Positions 1-14,325 are shown, counted from the stretch's first letter. The stretch is 64,000 nucleotides of DNA from Octopus sinensis (GCF_006345805.1 NC_042997.1:164734001-164798000), one strand, 5' to 3'. Notes: generated from the sequence alone by a model not told the origin. Numbers and translations: made by a program.

Positions 1-840
1 ATACATACATACATACATACATACATACATACATACATGCAAGCTATATGATGGCTGCCCTCTCAGTTTCGAACGTAACAACACACTTTTGATCTGCGTC
101 AGTACAGTTTAAGGATCATGAACCTAATGTAACTGTTCAAACCCGCCAATCCAGCGCTACTTTTTACTGCATGTCGAGTACTACCACTTAATTGTATTTA
201 CATGAACAATACTAAAGTTTTTCAAAATATTTTATACAATTACTTCAAGTTTACATATAAGGTTTACGTGACCAGCTAGCGAGAGAAAACTGTAATCACA
301 TACATCGAACGTGTATTGAATAGTGTTGCAAAGCAGAACAACTTGATCTTTTCGAATAAGAGCGCTTGCACGAAGAAGAGTAAATACGATTTTTTTTTCA
401 AATCTTTGTGCTCTCTGTCTGTCTTTCTCTTCAGCATACTCAGTTTTCTGCAACACGACCCCAACATCCACAAAATTTAACACTTAGGCCGGATTTCAAT
501 TAATACTTGTACCTAAGCTTTTGGTTTTGAAGGTCTGTGTTTGCTATTCTGTGATTCTCCAGAGAACACTTGTTTCGGGGATGGTGAACTGTTCGTGCTA
601 ACTAAATGACCACATCAACTAAGACAGTCTTTTTTTTACACGATTAAACTCTCTATACTTGACAGCTCAAATGAACAACATACCATACATCCTCCTAAAC
701 TGAAGGAAAGACGTGATCAGCACCAGACGAAACTCGAGTAGACTGTCACACTATTTGATATAATAAACACGGTAATATGTAAGTATGTATATATGTATGT
801 ATGTATCATCGTTTAACGTCCGTCTTCCATACATACACAC

Positions 841-909
<69 letters not shown>

Positions 910-1789
910 TACATGTATATGTATGAGTCTTACATACATGCATTCAATGTGGGTATGTATGAATGTATGTATGTATGCAAAACAAACGAATGTCTTAAGT
1001 AAATTCTAAACAAGATATCATTGAAAGTAAATAGATTCATAAGAAACAGTTTCCCTCCCTCTTCATGAATAGTATTCAAACTGACAATAGATAGATATAA
1101 TGTAGACAAATAAGGCGAAGTCCAACTAGTTCAGACGAAAAAAAATCATCTTAAACCAGGCTTTATCCTTCACTATATTTACAACACAGAATTGTTTGTT
1201 TTAAATTTAAAACATAGCCAACATAGAAAGCTTTTAAAACCCGTTTGACCTTTGTTTTACATACAATAAAAATAATAAAAATGGCCATTAGTCCATTAGT
1301 TAATTAAATATAATCTAATATGCAAGTTTACTGTGTATGAACTTGGGTTATTATTGAGTTTTGTTTTTTTGTTTTTAAATTGCTTTTGCACTTTATCTAT
1401 ATGACTGTTTTGTCTGGTCATTTAGACAGATAAAAGTTTGAGGTTGTTATAGCCATTCTTGACGATGACGACGATGATGATGCTGTAGTTCTTTATGACG
1501 ATGATGATAATGATGTTGTAGCTCTTTATGATGATGATGACGGATGATGGTGATGATGATGACAGTGGTGCTGGTGATAGAAGTGATCATGGTGCTGTGA
1601 GGAAGATGATGCCACCGAGGTCGATTTTGTCTTTCATCTTTTCTGGGTTGATAACATAAAATATCCGTTGAGAACTGGGGGTCAATGTAATCGATTCCTA
1701 CCCCCATCAAAATTGCTGGATTTGTGCCAAAATTAGAAAGAACCAACATTATCATCATCATCGTTGTTGTTGTTGCTGCTGCTGTTTTA

Positions 1790-1945
1790 CGTTCTGAGTT
1801 CAAATTCCTCCGGTGTCGACTTTACCTTTCATCCTTTTGGGGTTGATAAAATAAGTACCAGTTGAGTATTGGGTTCGAAGTAATCGAACACTTGGATGGA
1901 TAAAATCGACTAGTCCCATACCTAAAATTTCTGGCCTTGTACCTA
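1790..1945 (+). mobile_element. tRNA-derived Nin-domain SINE fragment; a decayed minus-strand copy lies at about 1600-1740
   Basis: GAGTTCAAATTCC B-box-like motif followed by GTCGACTTTACCTTTCATCC...GATAAAATAAGTACCAG, matching the family's many other copies in the window. Confidence 0.65.
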
Positions 1946-1963
1946 TAGTAGAAATTATTATTA

Positions 1964-1994
<31 letters not shown>

Positions 1995-2094
1995 TATTAT
2001 TATCATTATTGTTATTATTTATTTTAATCTAGATGTTTGTTACAATTACTTGCCGAGACACACTCCACTTCCTATGGCACGTGAAGGATAAGAG

Positions 2095-2138
<44 letters not shown>

Positions 2139-2140
2139 TT

Positions 2141-2360
2141 AAGGCGGCGAGCTGGCAGAGTCATTAGCATGCTGGGCAAAATGCTTAGCGGCATTTCGTT
2201 TGTCTTTGCGTTCTGAGTTCAAATTTCACCGAGGTCGACTTTGTCTTTCATCCTTTCCGGATCGATGAAAGAAGTACCAGTTGAGCACTGGGGTCAATAT
2301 AATCAACTAGTCCTCTCCCTCAAAATTTCAGGCCTCATGCCAGTAGAAAGGATTATTATT
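2141..2360 (+). mobile_element. tRNA-derived Nin-domain SINE
   Basis: Head AAGGCGGCGAGCTGGCAGAG, B-box GAGTTCAAATTTC, and central GGTCGACTTTGTCTTTCATCCTTTCCGGATCGAT. Confidence 0.75.
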
Positions 2361-2386
2361 AAGGCCTTGTGTCTATACTAGAAAGG

Positions 2387-2425
<39 letters not shown>

Positions 2426-2721
2426 TATTATTATTATTATTCTATGTTTGACTTTTACTTTACATTTGCACAAGCTGGCTCCAAGTCTCACCCAGAGACC
2501 TCAAGAGACAACAAGTTGGAAGTTCACGTTGGTGTTATTATTATTATTATTTATTATTATTATTATTATTATTTAAGGTGGCGAGCAGGCAGAATTGTTA
2601 GCTCGCTGGCGTCGATGTAATCAACTTATCCCCTCCCCCAAAATTGCTGTCCTTGTGGTAAAATTTGATATCATTATTATTATTATTGTTATTATTATTA
2701 TTATTATTATCATTATTATTA

Positions 2722-2765
<44 letters not shown>

Positions 2766-2800
2766 GTCATGGTGGTAGTAGTGGTGAGCCTGGGGTACCA

Positions 2801-2923
2801 TCTAAAAGAGTTTTAGTTGAACGAATTGACCACAGTACTTATTTATTAAACCTGGTACTCATTCTATAACCGCTAAGTTACGCAGAGATAAACACATCAA
2901 TACCGGTTTTCAAGCGGTGGTGG

Positions 2924-2960
<37 letters not shown>

Positions 2961-3138
2961 CACACACACACACACACCACACACACACACACATATATAT
3001 ATCGGATTTTTTCAATTTCCGCTAGCCAACTCTGCTCGAGGCTATAGTGGAAGACATTTTCCCAAGGTGCCACTCAGAGGGACTGAGCCCGGAACTATGT
3101 GGTTGGGAAGCAAACTTCCTACCACACAACCACGTGTT
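2801..3138 (-). mobile_element. Decayed CORE-type tRNA SINE
   Basis: Reverse complement gives GTGGTAGGAAGTTTGCTTCCCAACCACATAGTTCCGGGCTCAGTCCC...CACCTTGGGAAAATGTCTTC, the same family as 51359-51729. Confidence 0.65.
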
Positions 3139-4059
3139 TAGGCCAAATGCCAATAAATTCCCTGTTAAGCGATAATTTTCCCGTAGGGGCTCTCTAAAAG
3201 TACCGGCAGATGCTAGGATTACACTATTTTAGGGATTATGTTATGGATGTATAGAAAATTAAGAATATGGAATTAAGCTAGAAGAAAAAAGTCACAAAAA
3301 TGTATTTGCGTATAATTAGCCTATTTTCTCACAGAATCCTCAGTGACCTCCGCGGATGGAATCCTAGTTGGGAATGCTCTTCAAGGTCAGTTGACCTGCT
3401 AGAAATAACTGCCGAACCTTCCTCAACTCAAACATTGTCTTAAATGAAAACAAACGAGAAAATTCATTTTACGTAATGTTGTTCTATATACCTCTGAAAG
3501 ACGGGAATGGCACGGCAGGGTTCCTCAGTAGATCTGGTCAGTGATTAATGATCTGCTCACTTGGGGCTAAACAATACACACGCACACACACACACGCACT
3601 GGCGCACACACACACGCACTGGCACACACACACGCGCATATACACACATACAAATTACAAAATGAAACCATAAAAAAGTAAAAACCTGAGAAAGCGAGGA
3701 GGGTCCTATGTGGTCGCTCGTGGGTTAGCCACGACTGGAAATTCTTCGATTACAGTTCTGATTAACCAAGATTGATCTGGGTTATACAACAAACATTTAA
3801 AGATCAATCTCAATGTTTATAATTCTCAGTTTAAAGCCACATCTTTGTTTTGAACGATCCTCTACATATAGGATCTTAATCCTACCTATATGGAATTCTT
3901 GGAGGAGCACAACTTTAGTTTTTTTGCAATTCTACATGAGCTTATTCATTTGAAATAATAGGGGTAATGTCGAATCAGAGTAGATGGTTAACTACTAGGA
4001 AGAACTCTATTCTACATACCCCTGCACATCAATTACTGTCTTGAGTTTTTAGACTCATA

Positions 4060-4450
4060 GGGGCAGGTTAGCCGGTTTCCATGGCGTATATGTGACCGAG
4101 ATCACAAACAATCCAGTTCGTTGTAGGGTTTCTCATTAGCAGCTGAGTGGACTGGATCAATGTAGAATGAAGTGTTTTATTCAAGAACGCAGCGCACTGC
4201 CTAGTCTAGGAATAGAAGCCACGATCTTACGAAGGCCGGTTACCTGGTTTCCAAGGCGTATATGAGACCGAGATCGCAACATTCCCCCTGAAGGAATGTC
4301 CTCTGCAAGGTTACTCATTTACAATTGAATGGACTGGATCAATGTAAAATGAAAGTGTTTTGCTCAAGATTGCAGCGCAAAACCTATGCTGGGAAGAGAA
4401 ACCACGATATTGCGATGGTGAGTGCAATGCCCTTACCACTAAGCTACACG
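4060..4450 (-). mobile_element. Tandem fragments of a Meta-domain-like SINE
   Basis: Repeated GCTGAGTGGACTGGATCAATG..AATGAAGTGTTTT motif, similar to 23800-23850. Confidence 0.45.
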
Positions 4451-4967
4451 TCTTCATCTCTGTTTAGATTCACCCATTAATATTTAAATCGGCCATAACC
4501 AGCAAAAATATTGTATGTTTTAAATTAAAACTGACCAAGACTAACCTCTCACATCTTCCCTACAATGTCATTCTAAAAGTATACAAAGGCATAATCGAAA
4601 TCTTGAAGCTACAACATTAATGCATGATTAATTAAAAACAATGGAAATAAATAAGCATTACATTTGACAAAGAAATCTGAAGTCTAAAAGATAAATGTTT
4701 ACAATTCATCTTAATAAGTGAAGCAGTAAGTTCCCCTGGACGTTATTGTCTCGAGACCTATGACTCATAAGACGGGTTATCCGGTTTCTATGGCCTAGAA
4801 GCGATCGAGATCACAGCTTTCCTCTAAACAGGATAACAATTCGTCGCAGAGTTATACTTTTACAGCCTAATGGATTGGAGCAACGTGAAATGAAATGCTT
4901 GGCTCTAGACCACTACCTCGAGTCTTACGACTCACAAACTTTTCACTCGAGTCCAATGGCCTATATG

Positions 4968-5196
4968 TTTCTTTATTACCCACAAGGGGCTAAACATAGA
5001 GGGGACAAACAAGGACAGACAAACGGATTAAGTCGATTACATCGACCCCAGTGCGTAACTGGTACTTGTTTAATCAACCCCGAAAGGATGAAAAGCAAAG
5101 TCGACCTCGGCGGAATTTGAACTCAGAACGTAACGGCAGACGAAATGCGGCTACGCATTTCGCCCGGAGTGCTAACGGTTCTGCCAGCTCGCCGCC
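4968..5196 (-). mobile_element. Young, near full-length Nin-domain SINE
   Basis: High similarity to copies at 12336, 36146, 41274 and 50476. Tail GTAATAAAGAAA; head GGCGGCGAGCTGGCAG. Confidence 0.85.
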
Positions 5197-6039
5197 AATG
5201 GCCTATAAGTGACCGAAATCACAGATTCCCCCCTGAACAAGACACGCCAGTTCGTCGCAAGGTTGAGTGGAAAGAAGCGGGAATTGAAACCTTCATCTCT
5301 TTTCTAAAATGGAACAATATTTTTAAAAGGCATTAAAAAAAATTATGTTCTCAGATACTTTAAATGATTACATTCATGTCTTCTCATTTTTTGAGAACAG
5401 AATTCTTATTCTCATTTGTTTTTCTGTCTTTTATTTATCTAACTATAAGAAGGATCAGAGATTTAACTAGGGGTCCTACTGAGAATTCCATAAAAATATA
5501 TTCATGTAACTATAGTAATATCGCCAACCTACGATGTAGCTAATTAAAAAATATATATAACAACAACAACAGCACAGAAAGCCTCATACTGTATGATGGT
5601 GGCATACCGACTTAGCAATGTACCGTTATCAACGCACACATATATACAACAGATACTAATTAACAGCTAACTGATGTGCACTGATATATCGATAAGGCTG
5701 TAATAATCAACACAGCAGCTCTCACCAAAATCGACAGTGGTGCCACATATAGAGCGATAGGCAACATTGTGTTACAAACAAAGGGGCTACTCATTACGGA
5801 GATACCGTTGTCGGAAATATGAACCCGCAGACATCAATAGAAGCTGATGCACTGCTTAACTAAAACAGAGCAACTCTTGCTCGCGGGAATGCAAGAATTT
5901 CAATATATGATCCAATCAGCTTTGTCCAACAAATGCACATGCGCACACACTTACATATGCACACATCTTTGTCACTCTCTGCGTTTATACACACACAATT
6001 ACTATGTACTAATAGATATGTACAATATATTTCTATATG

Positions 6040-6084
<45 letters not shown>

Positions 6085-6182
6085 CATACATACATGTGTG
6101 TGTATGGCTGCGCGCGTATGTGCGGGTGAATACACTCATACACACACACACACGCCAATGCATACACACATACATGGCATAT

Positions 6183-6213
<31 letters not shown>

Positions 6214-6470
6214 AATATATATATATACACACACATACATATCTATCTATCTATCTATCTATCTGTGTGTGTATATATATATGTGTGTGTGTGCGGTGTG
6301 TGTGTGTGTGTGTGTGTGTGCCATGTATGTGTGTGTGTGCGCGTATGTGCGGGTGAAAACACTCATACACATACACATGCCAATGCATACACACATACAT
6401 GGCACACACACACAACACACACACACATATATATATACACACACAGATAGATAGATAGATAGATAGATAT

Positions 6471-6554
<84 letters not shown>

Positions 6555-6564
6555 ACTCATACGT

Positions 6565-6837
6565 TTTCAATTTACAAATTTAGTGTTCAGTATATTAATA
6601 TTTTTATCATTTAAAAAAAAATAATGAGAATTTGAAATTTCAAACTTTCGCAAGTAAGATAACATTTGTAAATTACCAATTCTAGAACGGATATTTAGAA
6701 CGAAGGGACCTAGAGTAAAGAATGAGACCTTGGTTACCTCGGAGGAAAAAAATATCATATATTGTAACTTATCTAAAAATGATGGAAATTTGCAAATTTC
6801 AAGAGGACGGGGCTAATCAAGCCTACCAAATTTCTAG
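6565..6837 (+). mobile_element. Possible non-autonomous Helitron 3' portion
   Basis: Ends in a GGCT-AATCA-AGCC hairpin about 10 nt before CTAG|T. No 5' TC end identified. Confidence 0.3.
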
Positions 6838-7689
6838 TACAAATAATTAGAAAATTGTCGTAGTCGTGTAACTCCAGGCTAGCGTTGATGAACTCTTATG
6901 GCACGCAGTTTGTCGGCGGCATGTCGAGGCGTGACTCACTTATCACTTTGCTAGTGAGGTAGGTGAAACCACCTAGTTAAGGTTGTACAATCCAAAAAGC
7001 AATTTATAAATCAAATTGTTATTGTTGCTTAGCACCTCCGGGAAGATTTCATGGAGAAGACATATGATCAAAGGTGTTCCATCTTTGATCATCTCATCGT
7101 TTGGCGTGTATATCAGGGAGTGCATTGTCTATCAGGGACTACATATTTTCTAGCTAAAACAATAGCGTGTAATTTGGAAGAGGATTGGCTGCTATCCCTA
7201 GCAGATCGTGGTATCGATTAACGGGTAATCAAGTTATTTAAATATGTGGGTATATATTGCGTTGACAAGACCCATCTAAAGTCCAGACGCTAGCGATAAA
7301 ATAAACGTATTTGTAAAGCTCGGAATTGCCTTGCGCTGGGCTTCCCCTCCCAAAAGTTAACAAGAGTGGATTGCACCACAAAATCAGGTGGTGAATAAGA
7401 AGAGTTGTTAGAGAGTACTTTTTACCAGCTCTGTGTGTTCTGAGTTCGAATCTTGCCGGAGTCAGCTTCGCATTTCATGTTTTCGGATTCGATAAAATAA
7501 AGTATCTGTTCTGGTTGCTGAAGTGGTGGAATTGTTAAGAAAAATGTAGTTATGGGTGCTAAACTTCTGTCTCTAACTAAAAAGTATAAAAGATAATTTA
7601 TTAGATTTATTTAGAGCTTAAATAAAAACAGCAAATAGAACCAAGATAAAAAGTAAAATAACTGATATGATTTAGTAAAGAAGAACTGA

Positions 7690-7990
7690 ACGGCACTGCA
7701 TAACACCAAAGATCCCATCTCCTTCATCTCCAGTACTCAAACAGCTTGGGTTTCAGGGATCCACAGCTATTCGACGTCCTGAAAAACAATCTCAGAGATT
7801 TGCGAGATTTTCGAGATGCGGAGATCTTCAAAGAGCGTCTGGATAAATTTTTATCTGAAATATCAGATGAACTAGCATCGCGGCAGGAAGCGTATAGAAG
7901 AGCGGCTCCAGCCAATTCGGTACAGTAAAGAAAAGAAACGCAAAAACACTGAAAACGATGCTCCAGCATAGTTCCAGCCTATGACTGAAA
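7690..7990 (+). mobile_element. CR1/L2-group LINE 3' end fragment
   Basis: ORF 7746-7928 reads GFRDPQLFDVLKNNLRDL...FKERLDKFLSEISDE...AAPANS, resembling the GPxLFNxLP...FKxxLDxFL C-terminus of CR1-type ORF2. Confidence 0.7.
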
Positions 7991-8224
7991 CCAATAAGAG
8001 AAAAGATAAGATGTTCCAATTTGTGTAAAATATTACATGCATTTACATACATAAATAAATATATCTATACATAAACACGCATACATACATGCATGCATAC
8101 CTTCAAGGCCTACATACATATTTATACACACCTACCTACTTACCTACCTACCTACCTACCTACATACATACATGTATGTATGCAAGCACACATATGCTTC
8201 TTTAACTTTGGTTCAAAATGCCGT

Positions 8225-8760
8225 TTCCTGACCTTCGGTGATGTAGGCCTTTGCCAACTTTTGCCACTTACTCCAGTTTTGTGTTTCTCTAACACTTTAG
8301 TCCCAATTGCCAATATCGTCTCGCCCAACCGATCTGTTAAGGGGTTCAACTCGTTTTCTAGTTTTTAAAGGCCCAGTTGAGTAACCTCGAGGGTTAGTTA
8401 TTGTCTGTCATTGTCATCACGTGACCTGCCCAGTACCATTTCAACATGTATATGTATTCAAGAAGGCCAAAGACACCTGTCTATTTTCATATCTTCTGTA
8501 CTTAAACTCTAGCAACGTTGAGGATAATTTTTATTCTGGTGAGATCGAGGCAAATGAGAACTTTTTTAAATGTCAGATTCCAGGTCTTAGAACTGCATAT
8601 GTCTATTGCTGGAATGCATTCGTGGCATACTCCTTTTTTGGAATGATGGCGACGTTGAACTTCGAGGTGGTATCTTGACTAAAAAATTGCTTTCTCAGCA
8701 GAAAAACTGATATTCAGTGTAATTCTGCGCTTGATATCCTATTTCTTGTATCTCCAAAAC
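8225..8760 (-). mobile_element. RTE-clade LINE, decayed C-terminal RT fragment
   Basis: Minus-strand frames give HECIPAIDICSSKTWNLT, LKWYWAGHVMTMTDN and GRDDIGNW...TQNWSKWQKLAKAYI, the RTE post-RT motifs (ETW.LT, W.WAGHV, W.DD). Multiple stops and frameshifts. Confidence 0.75.
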
Positions 8761-8800
8761 ATTTCAATTTATTTACACTTCTCTGCTGTATTATATATAG

Positions 8801-8833
<33 letters not shown>

Positions 8834-8940
8834 GGTGTGTGTGTGAACATTATCCATCTATCTATACATACATATGCATATATATAAGTAATATATATTA
8901 TATATGCATATATGCATATATATGTTTATATATATATGTT

Positions 8941-8999
<59 letters not shown>

Positions 9000-9114
9000 G
9001 TGTGGTGTGTGTGAACATTATCCATCTATCTATACATACATATGCATATATATAAGTAATATATATATATATATGCATATATGCAATATATATGTTATAT
9101 ATATATGTTTATAT

Positions 9115-9170
<56 letters not shown>

Positions 9171-9951
9171 GTGTGTGTGTGTGGTGTGTGGGCAACCTAT
9201 CTATCTATCTATTATCATTATCTATCTATCTATCTATCTATCTATACATACATACATCATGACATATGCATATATATATGTAATATATATATGCATATAT
9301 GTTTATATATGTTTATATATATTTATATATATAGCGTGTGTATGTGTGGGAGTTGTGTGTTTGTGTGTGCGAGTGTGTATGTGTTTGTGTGTGTGCGGGT
9401 GCAGTGTATGTGTGCGAGTGGGTTTGTTTGTACGTGAGCGCGTGTGTATGCGTGTGTGTGTGTATTATATTAGAAGCTGAATATTATTTAAGCGTAACAC
9501 TTCGTTTTTGCGTTTTCGATTGCACAAAAACCTTTCAACAAATTAGACAGATGAAACTTAGAAGTGAGCTTCAAGAAGTTTCAACTTGTAAAAAACTATA
9601 TCCACCTATTTTTTTATGTATTGGGTTCGTTTAGCCCCGTTTGTAAACAAACACTTTCATCAATCCACTCACACGAGGGAACACAGATATACACACACTC
9701 ACATACGTCTACATTGGTAGTGGTGAAATTTGTGTAATATGACATTGCTTAAGATATTTTATGGTTATATGAAAGATGTTTATAATAGACAAAAGACAAC
9801 AGACTTTATATATATCTTAATCTTGCTCAGCTCACAGTAGATTTTGTTGGCATTTTCTTTAAAGATCTTGTTTTGCCGAAAGAATTAGCTCTGCTGCATT
9901 TGTTGAGTATATAAACAGTTTGGCTGCTTGTTTCTCTGGAGACTGTCAGAA

Positions 9952-10012
9952 TGATGTGGATGCCTCTGATGAGAACTCAACAAAGTTCGAAAATTGATTA
10001 AGGTTGTTCATC
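9952..10012 (+). ncRNA. Minimal type I hammerhead ribozyme motif with intact core
   Basis: GCCT-CTGATGA(9966-72)-GAACT-caacaa-AGTTC-GAAA(9989-92)-ATTGATT-A(10000)-AGGT. 5-bp stem II, self-complementary AATTGATT stem III, 4-bp stem I extendable by GATG/CATC. Confidence 0.7.
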
Positions 10013-10478
10013 AGAGGTACAGAGGTTTCTTTTGTACTCTTCTCACCTGTCATTTTCAGAGATGAAAGTCCTACAGCGATGAAGTGGTGACGTGTGCAGA
10101 CCTGACCAGTTGGAAGCATATAGCTGCAAATCTACACATAGGCGGCAGGGGTCTTATTATAACATTGTTGTTATGTTTTCCTATGACAGGGGCTAACTCC
10201 GGTGGAGACGCTGGTGTCTTAGCAGCCCTATTAAGGAGAGCACTGCTCACCCAAAATCTTGGGAAGGTGCTAGAAAAGGTGCACTAAAAAATGCGTGTCA
10301 CATTGGGTAGCTTAGTGCAACTGTCAGCGGTTCATTCAAGCAGGAAAAAAAATGAATCACAATGTAAAATATTTATGAAAAAACGAATTAAAATATTTGC
10401 TTCTGGACCAAAGCTCATCAAGCCGACCAGAAAGAAGAACCACACTGGTAACGGAAGAACTTCAATTAGTACAGTTAT

Positions 10479-10533
<55 letters not shown>

Positions 10534-10537
10534 ATAT

Positions 10538-11056
<519 letters not shown>

Positions 11057-11241
11057 TATTATATATATATATTCGAGACGTAAAACCACCTTCCTTTCCT
11101 TCCATGAGCATCTGCTAAGACTTTGCATTTATCACGTCCTCACGTTGCTGTTTTTCTTGTTTTGTTTTTCGTTTTGGGGGATTTACTATAATATATATAT
11201 AAACATGGCCGTAGTCGAATGACAAACAAATAAAAGAATGA

Positions 11242-11343
<102 letters not shown>

Positions 11344-11610
11344 GATAGTTGAAACATTTCTGTCACAACCTGGGACATTCATACTGCTTAAATGCAAGAA
11401 AGTATACTAGTCCCTTAATATTTGATACTCAATATTTCATCTATTCAATAAGACAATCAGTAATTCATTTCATTTTACTATATATACTATATATTCTATT
11501 TCTACATTAATATTTTAAAGAATATAAATAAAACAAAAAAACAGAGTTGGAATTCCTTTGAATGATATATATATATATATACTTGGAAATGGATGCGTGG
11601 TGTATAATCA

Positions 11611-11661
<51 letters not shown>

Positions 11662-12164
11662 GTGTGTGTGTGTGTATGGATATAGTATTCCATTTCTATG
11701 CCTGGAGGATATCAAGACCGGCACTAAAATACCAACTTCTCGAAACAAATACTAAGCTTTCTTACTGGAAGCACTGAACAGCAGTGAAACAAAGAGTAGA
11801 TCTCAAGGCTGGTGCTAAAGAATTACTGGAAACTAATACACACACAAACATGCTTCACACACAAACATACACACGCGCGCATAGCCATGGGCTGTTTTGC
11901 AGACGTGGAGGAAGGTAATAGAGGAAGAATTTTGGATAAAGTGAAACGAAACAATGCAAAAATAAATATAAATATTGAAGGCTAACTAACGAAGGAGATT
12001 CTTCGTGATCAATCTGCCAGCTAGAAACAGCTTCCAAATCTTCCATAAGTCACCCTTTTATCATCTTAAAAAGAAAGCGTACAGGTGCAGGCTAGAGAAG
12101 TCTAATAGTAATATCAATGCTAAGAATAACGTTGGTATTAAAGGATATTTATGGGTTAATATCG

Positions 12165-12726
12165 GTTTCAAATTCTAGCACAAAGCCAGAAATTTCAGGG
12201 CAGGAGGTTAGTCGATTACATCTACTCCAGTACACAACTGATGATTTTTTTTATCGACCCCGAAAGGATGAAAGGTAAGGTCGACCACGGTGGCATTTGA
12301 ACTCAAAACGGACAATATGTGACTAAACATTATACCCTTATTTCTTTATTTCCCACAAGGGGCTAAACATAGAGGGGACAAACAAGGACAGACAAAGGGA
12401 TCAAGTCGATTACATCGACCCCAGTGCGTAACTGGTACTTAATTTATCGACCCCGAAAGGATGAAAGGCAAAGTCGACCTCGGCGGAATTTGAACTCAGA
12501 ACGTAGCGGCAGACGAAATACCTATTTCTTTACTACCCACAAGGGGCTAAACACAGAGAAGACAAACAAGGACAGACAAACGGATTAAGTCGATTATATC
12601 GACCCCAGTGCGTAACTGGTACTTAATTTATCGACCCCGAAAGGATGAAAGGCAAAGTCGACCTCGGCGGAATTTGAACTAAGCATTTCGCCCAGCATGC
12701 TAACGGTTTCTGCCAGCTCGCCGCCC
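12165..12726 (-). mobile_element. Cluster of three nested or tandem Nin-domain SINEs
   Basis: Three repeats of ATCGACCCCGAAAGGATGAAAGG; two young copies begin at about 12336 and 12523. Confidence 0.85.
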
Positions 12727-12756
12727 TAATATCAGAGTTAATATTAATATTAGTGT

Positions 12757-12970
12757 ATAAGGCGGCGTGCATGCAGAATCGTTAGCACGCCGGACAAAGT
12801 ACTTAGTGGGCATTTCGTCCATCTTTATGTTTTGAGTTCAAATTCCGTCGAGGTCGACTTTACATTCCATCCTTTCGGGCGTCGATAAAATAAGTACCAT
12901 TTGAGCACTGGGTTCGATGCATTCGACTTATTCCTCCCTCGAAATACTTGGTCTTATGCCAAAATATCAA
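12757..12970 (+). mobile_element. Older Nin-domain SINE, head-to-head with the 12165-12726 cluster
   Basis: AAGGCGGCGTGC..GCAGAATCGTTAGCACG...GAGTTCAAATTCCG...GTCGATAAAATAAGTACC. Confidence 0.75.
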
Positions 12971-13243
12971 TATTGGTGTTAATGTTAGTGTTAATGATAA
13001 CGTTGATGCTTATAGTAATGTTGGTGCTAAAGTAATTTTGTGAGTAAAGAACTCTTTATCAAAATTACACCTATTACGAAGAGGAAATAATAATTTGCTT
13101 AATAACCAATTCTGGTCAAGAAAGACAAGGGACTCAACAATTGAAATTCATTTAAATTAACTAAAACTATTGGTATCATTAGACCTCCTTAGGGAGACAT
13201 TGCTTTTAAGCAATATTACCAGACAAACTTTATCTGCATTATT

Positions 13244-13410
13244 TACATTATTTACATTTGACGGATATTTGTCCTCATCTTGTTTGTTGTTAACAAAACG
13301 CTTCGGCTGATATACCATCCAGCTTTCATCTCTATATCAGGGTATATCAGCCGAAACGTGTTAACAACAAACAAGATGAGGATAAATATCCGTCAATTGT
13401 AAATAATGTA
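13244..13410. mobile_element. Foldback element (about 70-bp arms) with HHR remnants, Penelope-like derived
   Basis: Arms 13244-13316 and 13341-13410 are near-perfect reverse complements. They contain CAGCC-GAAAC-GT (right arm) and GATGAA-AGCTG..CAGCC-GAAGC-GT (left arm, minus strand). Confidence 0.75.
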
Positions 13411-13449
13411 CACAATTCCTCATCTCTTAATTATAGAACTGGAAACTTT

Positions 13450-13885
13450 ATCTGTTACTTGTTTCGGTCATTGGAGGAGGGTAGCCATGTTAGCGCACCA
13501 CCCTGAAAGGTTAAAGCCGAATCAATCGACCACAGTGCTTATCTTTAAAATCTGATAAATATTCTATCGATCTCTTTTGTCGGACCGTCAGATTATGGTG
13601 ACTTAAACCAACACCAGTTGTCAAGCGACGTATGTGTGTGGAGGGAGGAACAAACATAGACACAAACACACGCATGCTCTCTTTTACACACAGATACACA
13701 TACACACAAACACAGAAAAGCGGTTCGGCAGAAGAGACCGATAGAATAAGCACCAGGCTTACAAAGAATAAGTCCAGGTTCGCTTTCTTTGACTAAAAGG
13801 CGGTGCTCCAGCATGACCACAGTCAAATCACTGAATAAAAGAATAAAACGTGCTTCTTAACCACACAGCCACGCCTATGCCTATA
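13450..13885. mobile_element. CORE-type SINE fragments in both orientations
   Basis: Minus-strand 3' half at 13450-13715; plus-strand CGGTTCGGCAGAAGAGACCGATAGAATAAG...GGCGGTGCTCCAGCATG at 13720-13850. Confidence 0.65.
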
Positions 13886-14281
13886 TTGTTGGGAAAACTA
13901 CATTTCGGAATCGTTAGCTGATCTCTTTCTGAATACATTTAATCAGTAAATCGGATTGCTAACTATTAAATGTATCGCGAGCCAACAATAGAGTTTTTTC
14001 TCTGATTGCTTGACTTGTCAGAAATAGGAACCAAATTCCATTGAACCACAACCTACCGTGAGAAAAATAATGTAAGGATGGATATATTATGTCTGAAAAA
14101 ATGACGCAAACACACACACACACATACATGCATGCATGCATACACATACATACGTACATACATACATACATACATACGTACGTACGTACGTACATACATA
14201 CATACTATAATGAAATCCGTCAGAAGGACAACCCCGAGCACGAAGAAATAAAACCCCACAATATGGTAGAAGCCATAGCCA

Positions 14282-14325
<44 letters not shown>

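Noticed and set aside
695-750. GAAAC-TCGA-GTA with a palindromic stem III, resembling an HHR 3' half
   Set aside because: Upstream reads CTGAAGG rather than CUGANGA, and neither stem I nor stem II can be paired.
5640-5960. Complex unique-looking sequence at the start of the 169-aa ORF 5847-6356
   Set aside because: The ORF runs into microsatellite, with no recognisable protein motif or splice signals.
11074-11090. TCGAGACGTAAAACC resembling GAAACGUA
   Set aside because: GAGA in place of GAAA, and the 5' half is replaced by (TA)n.
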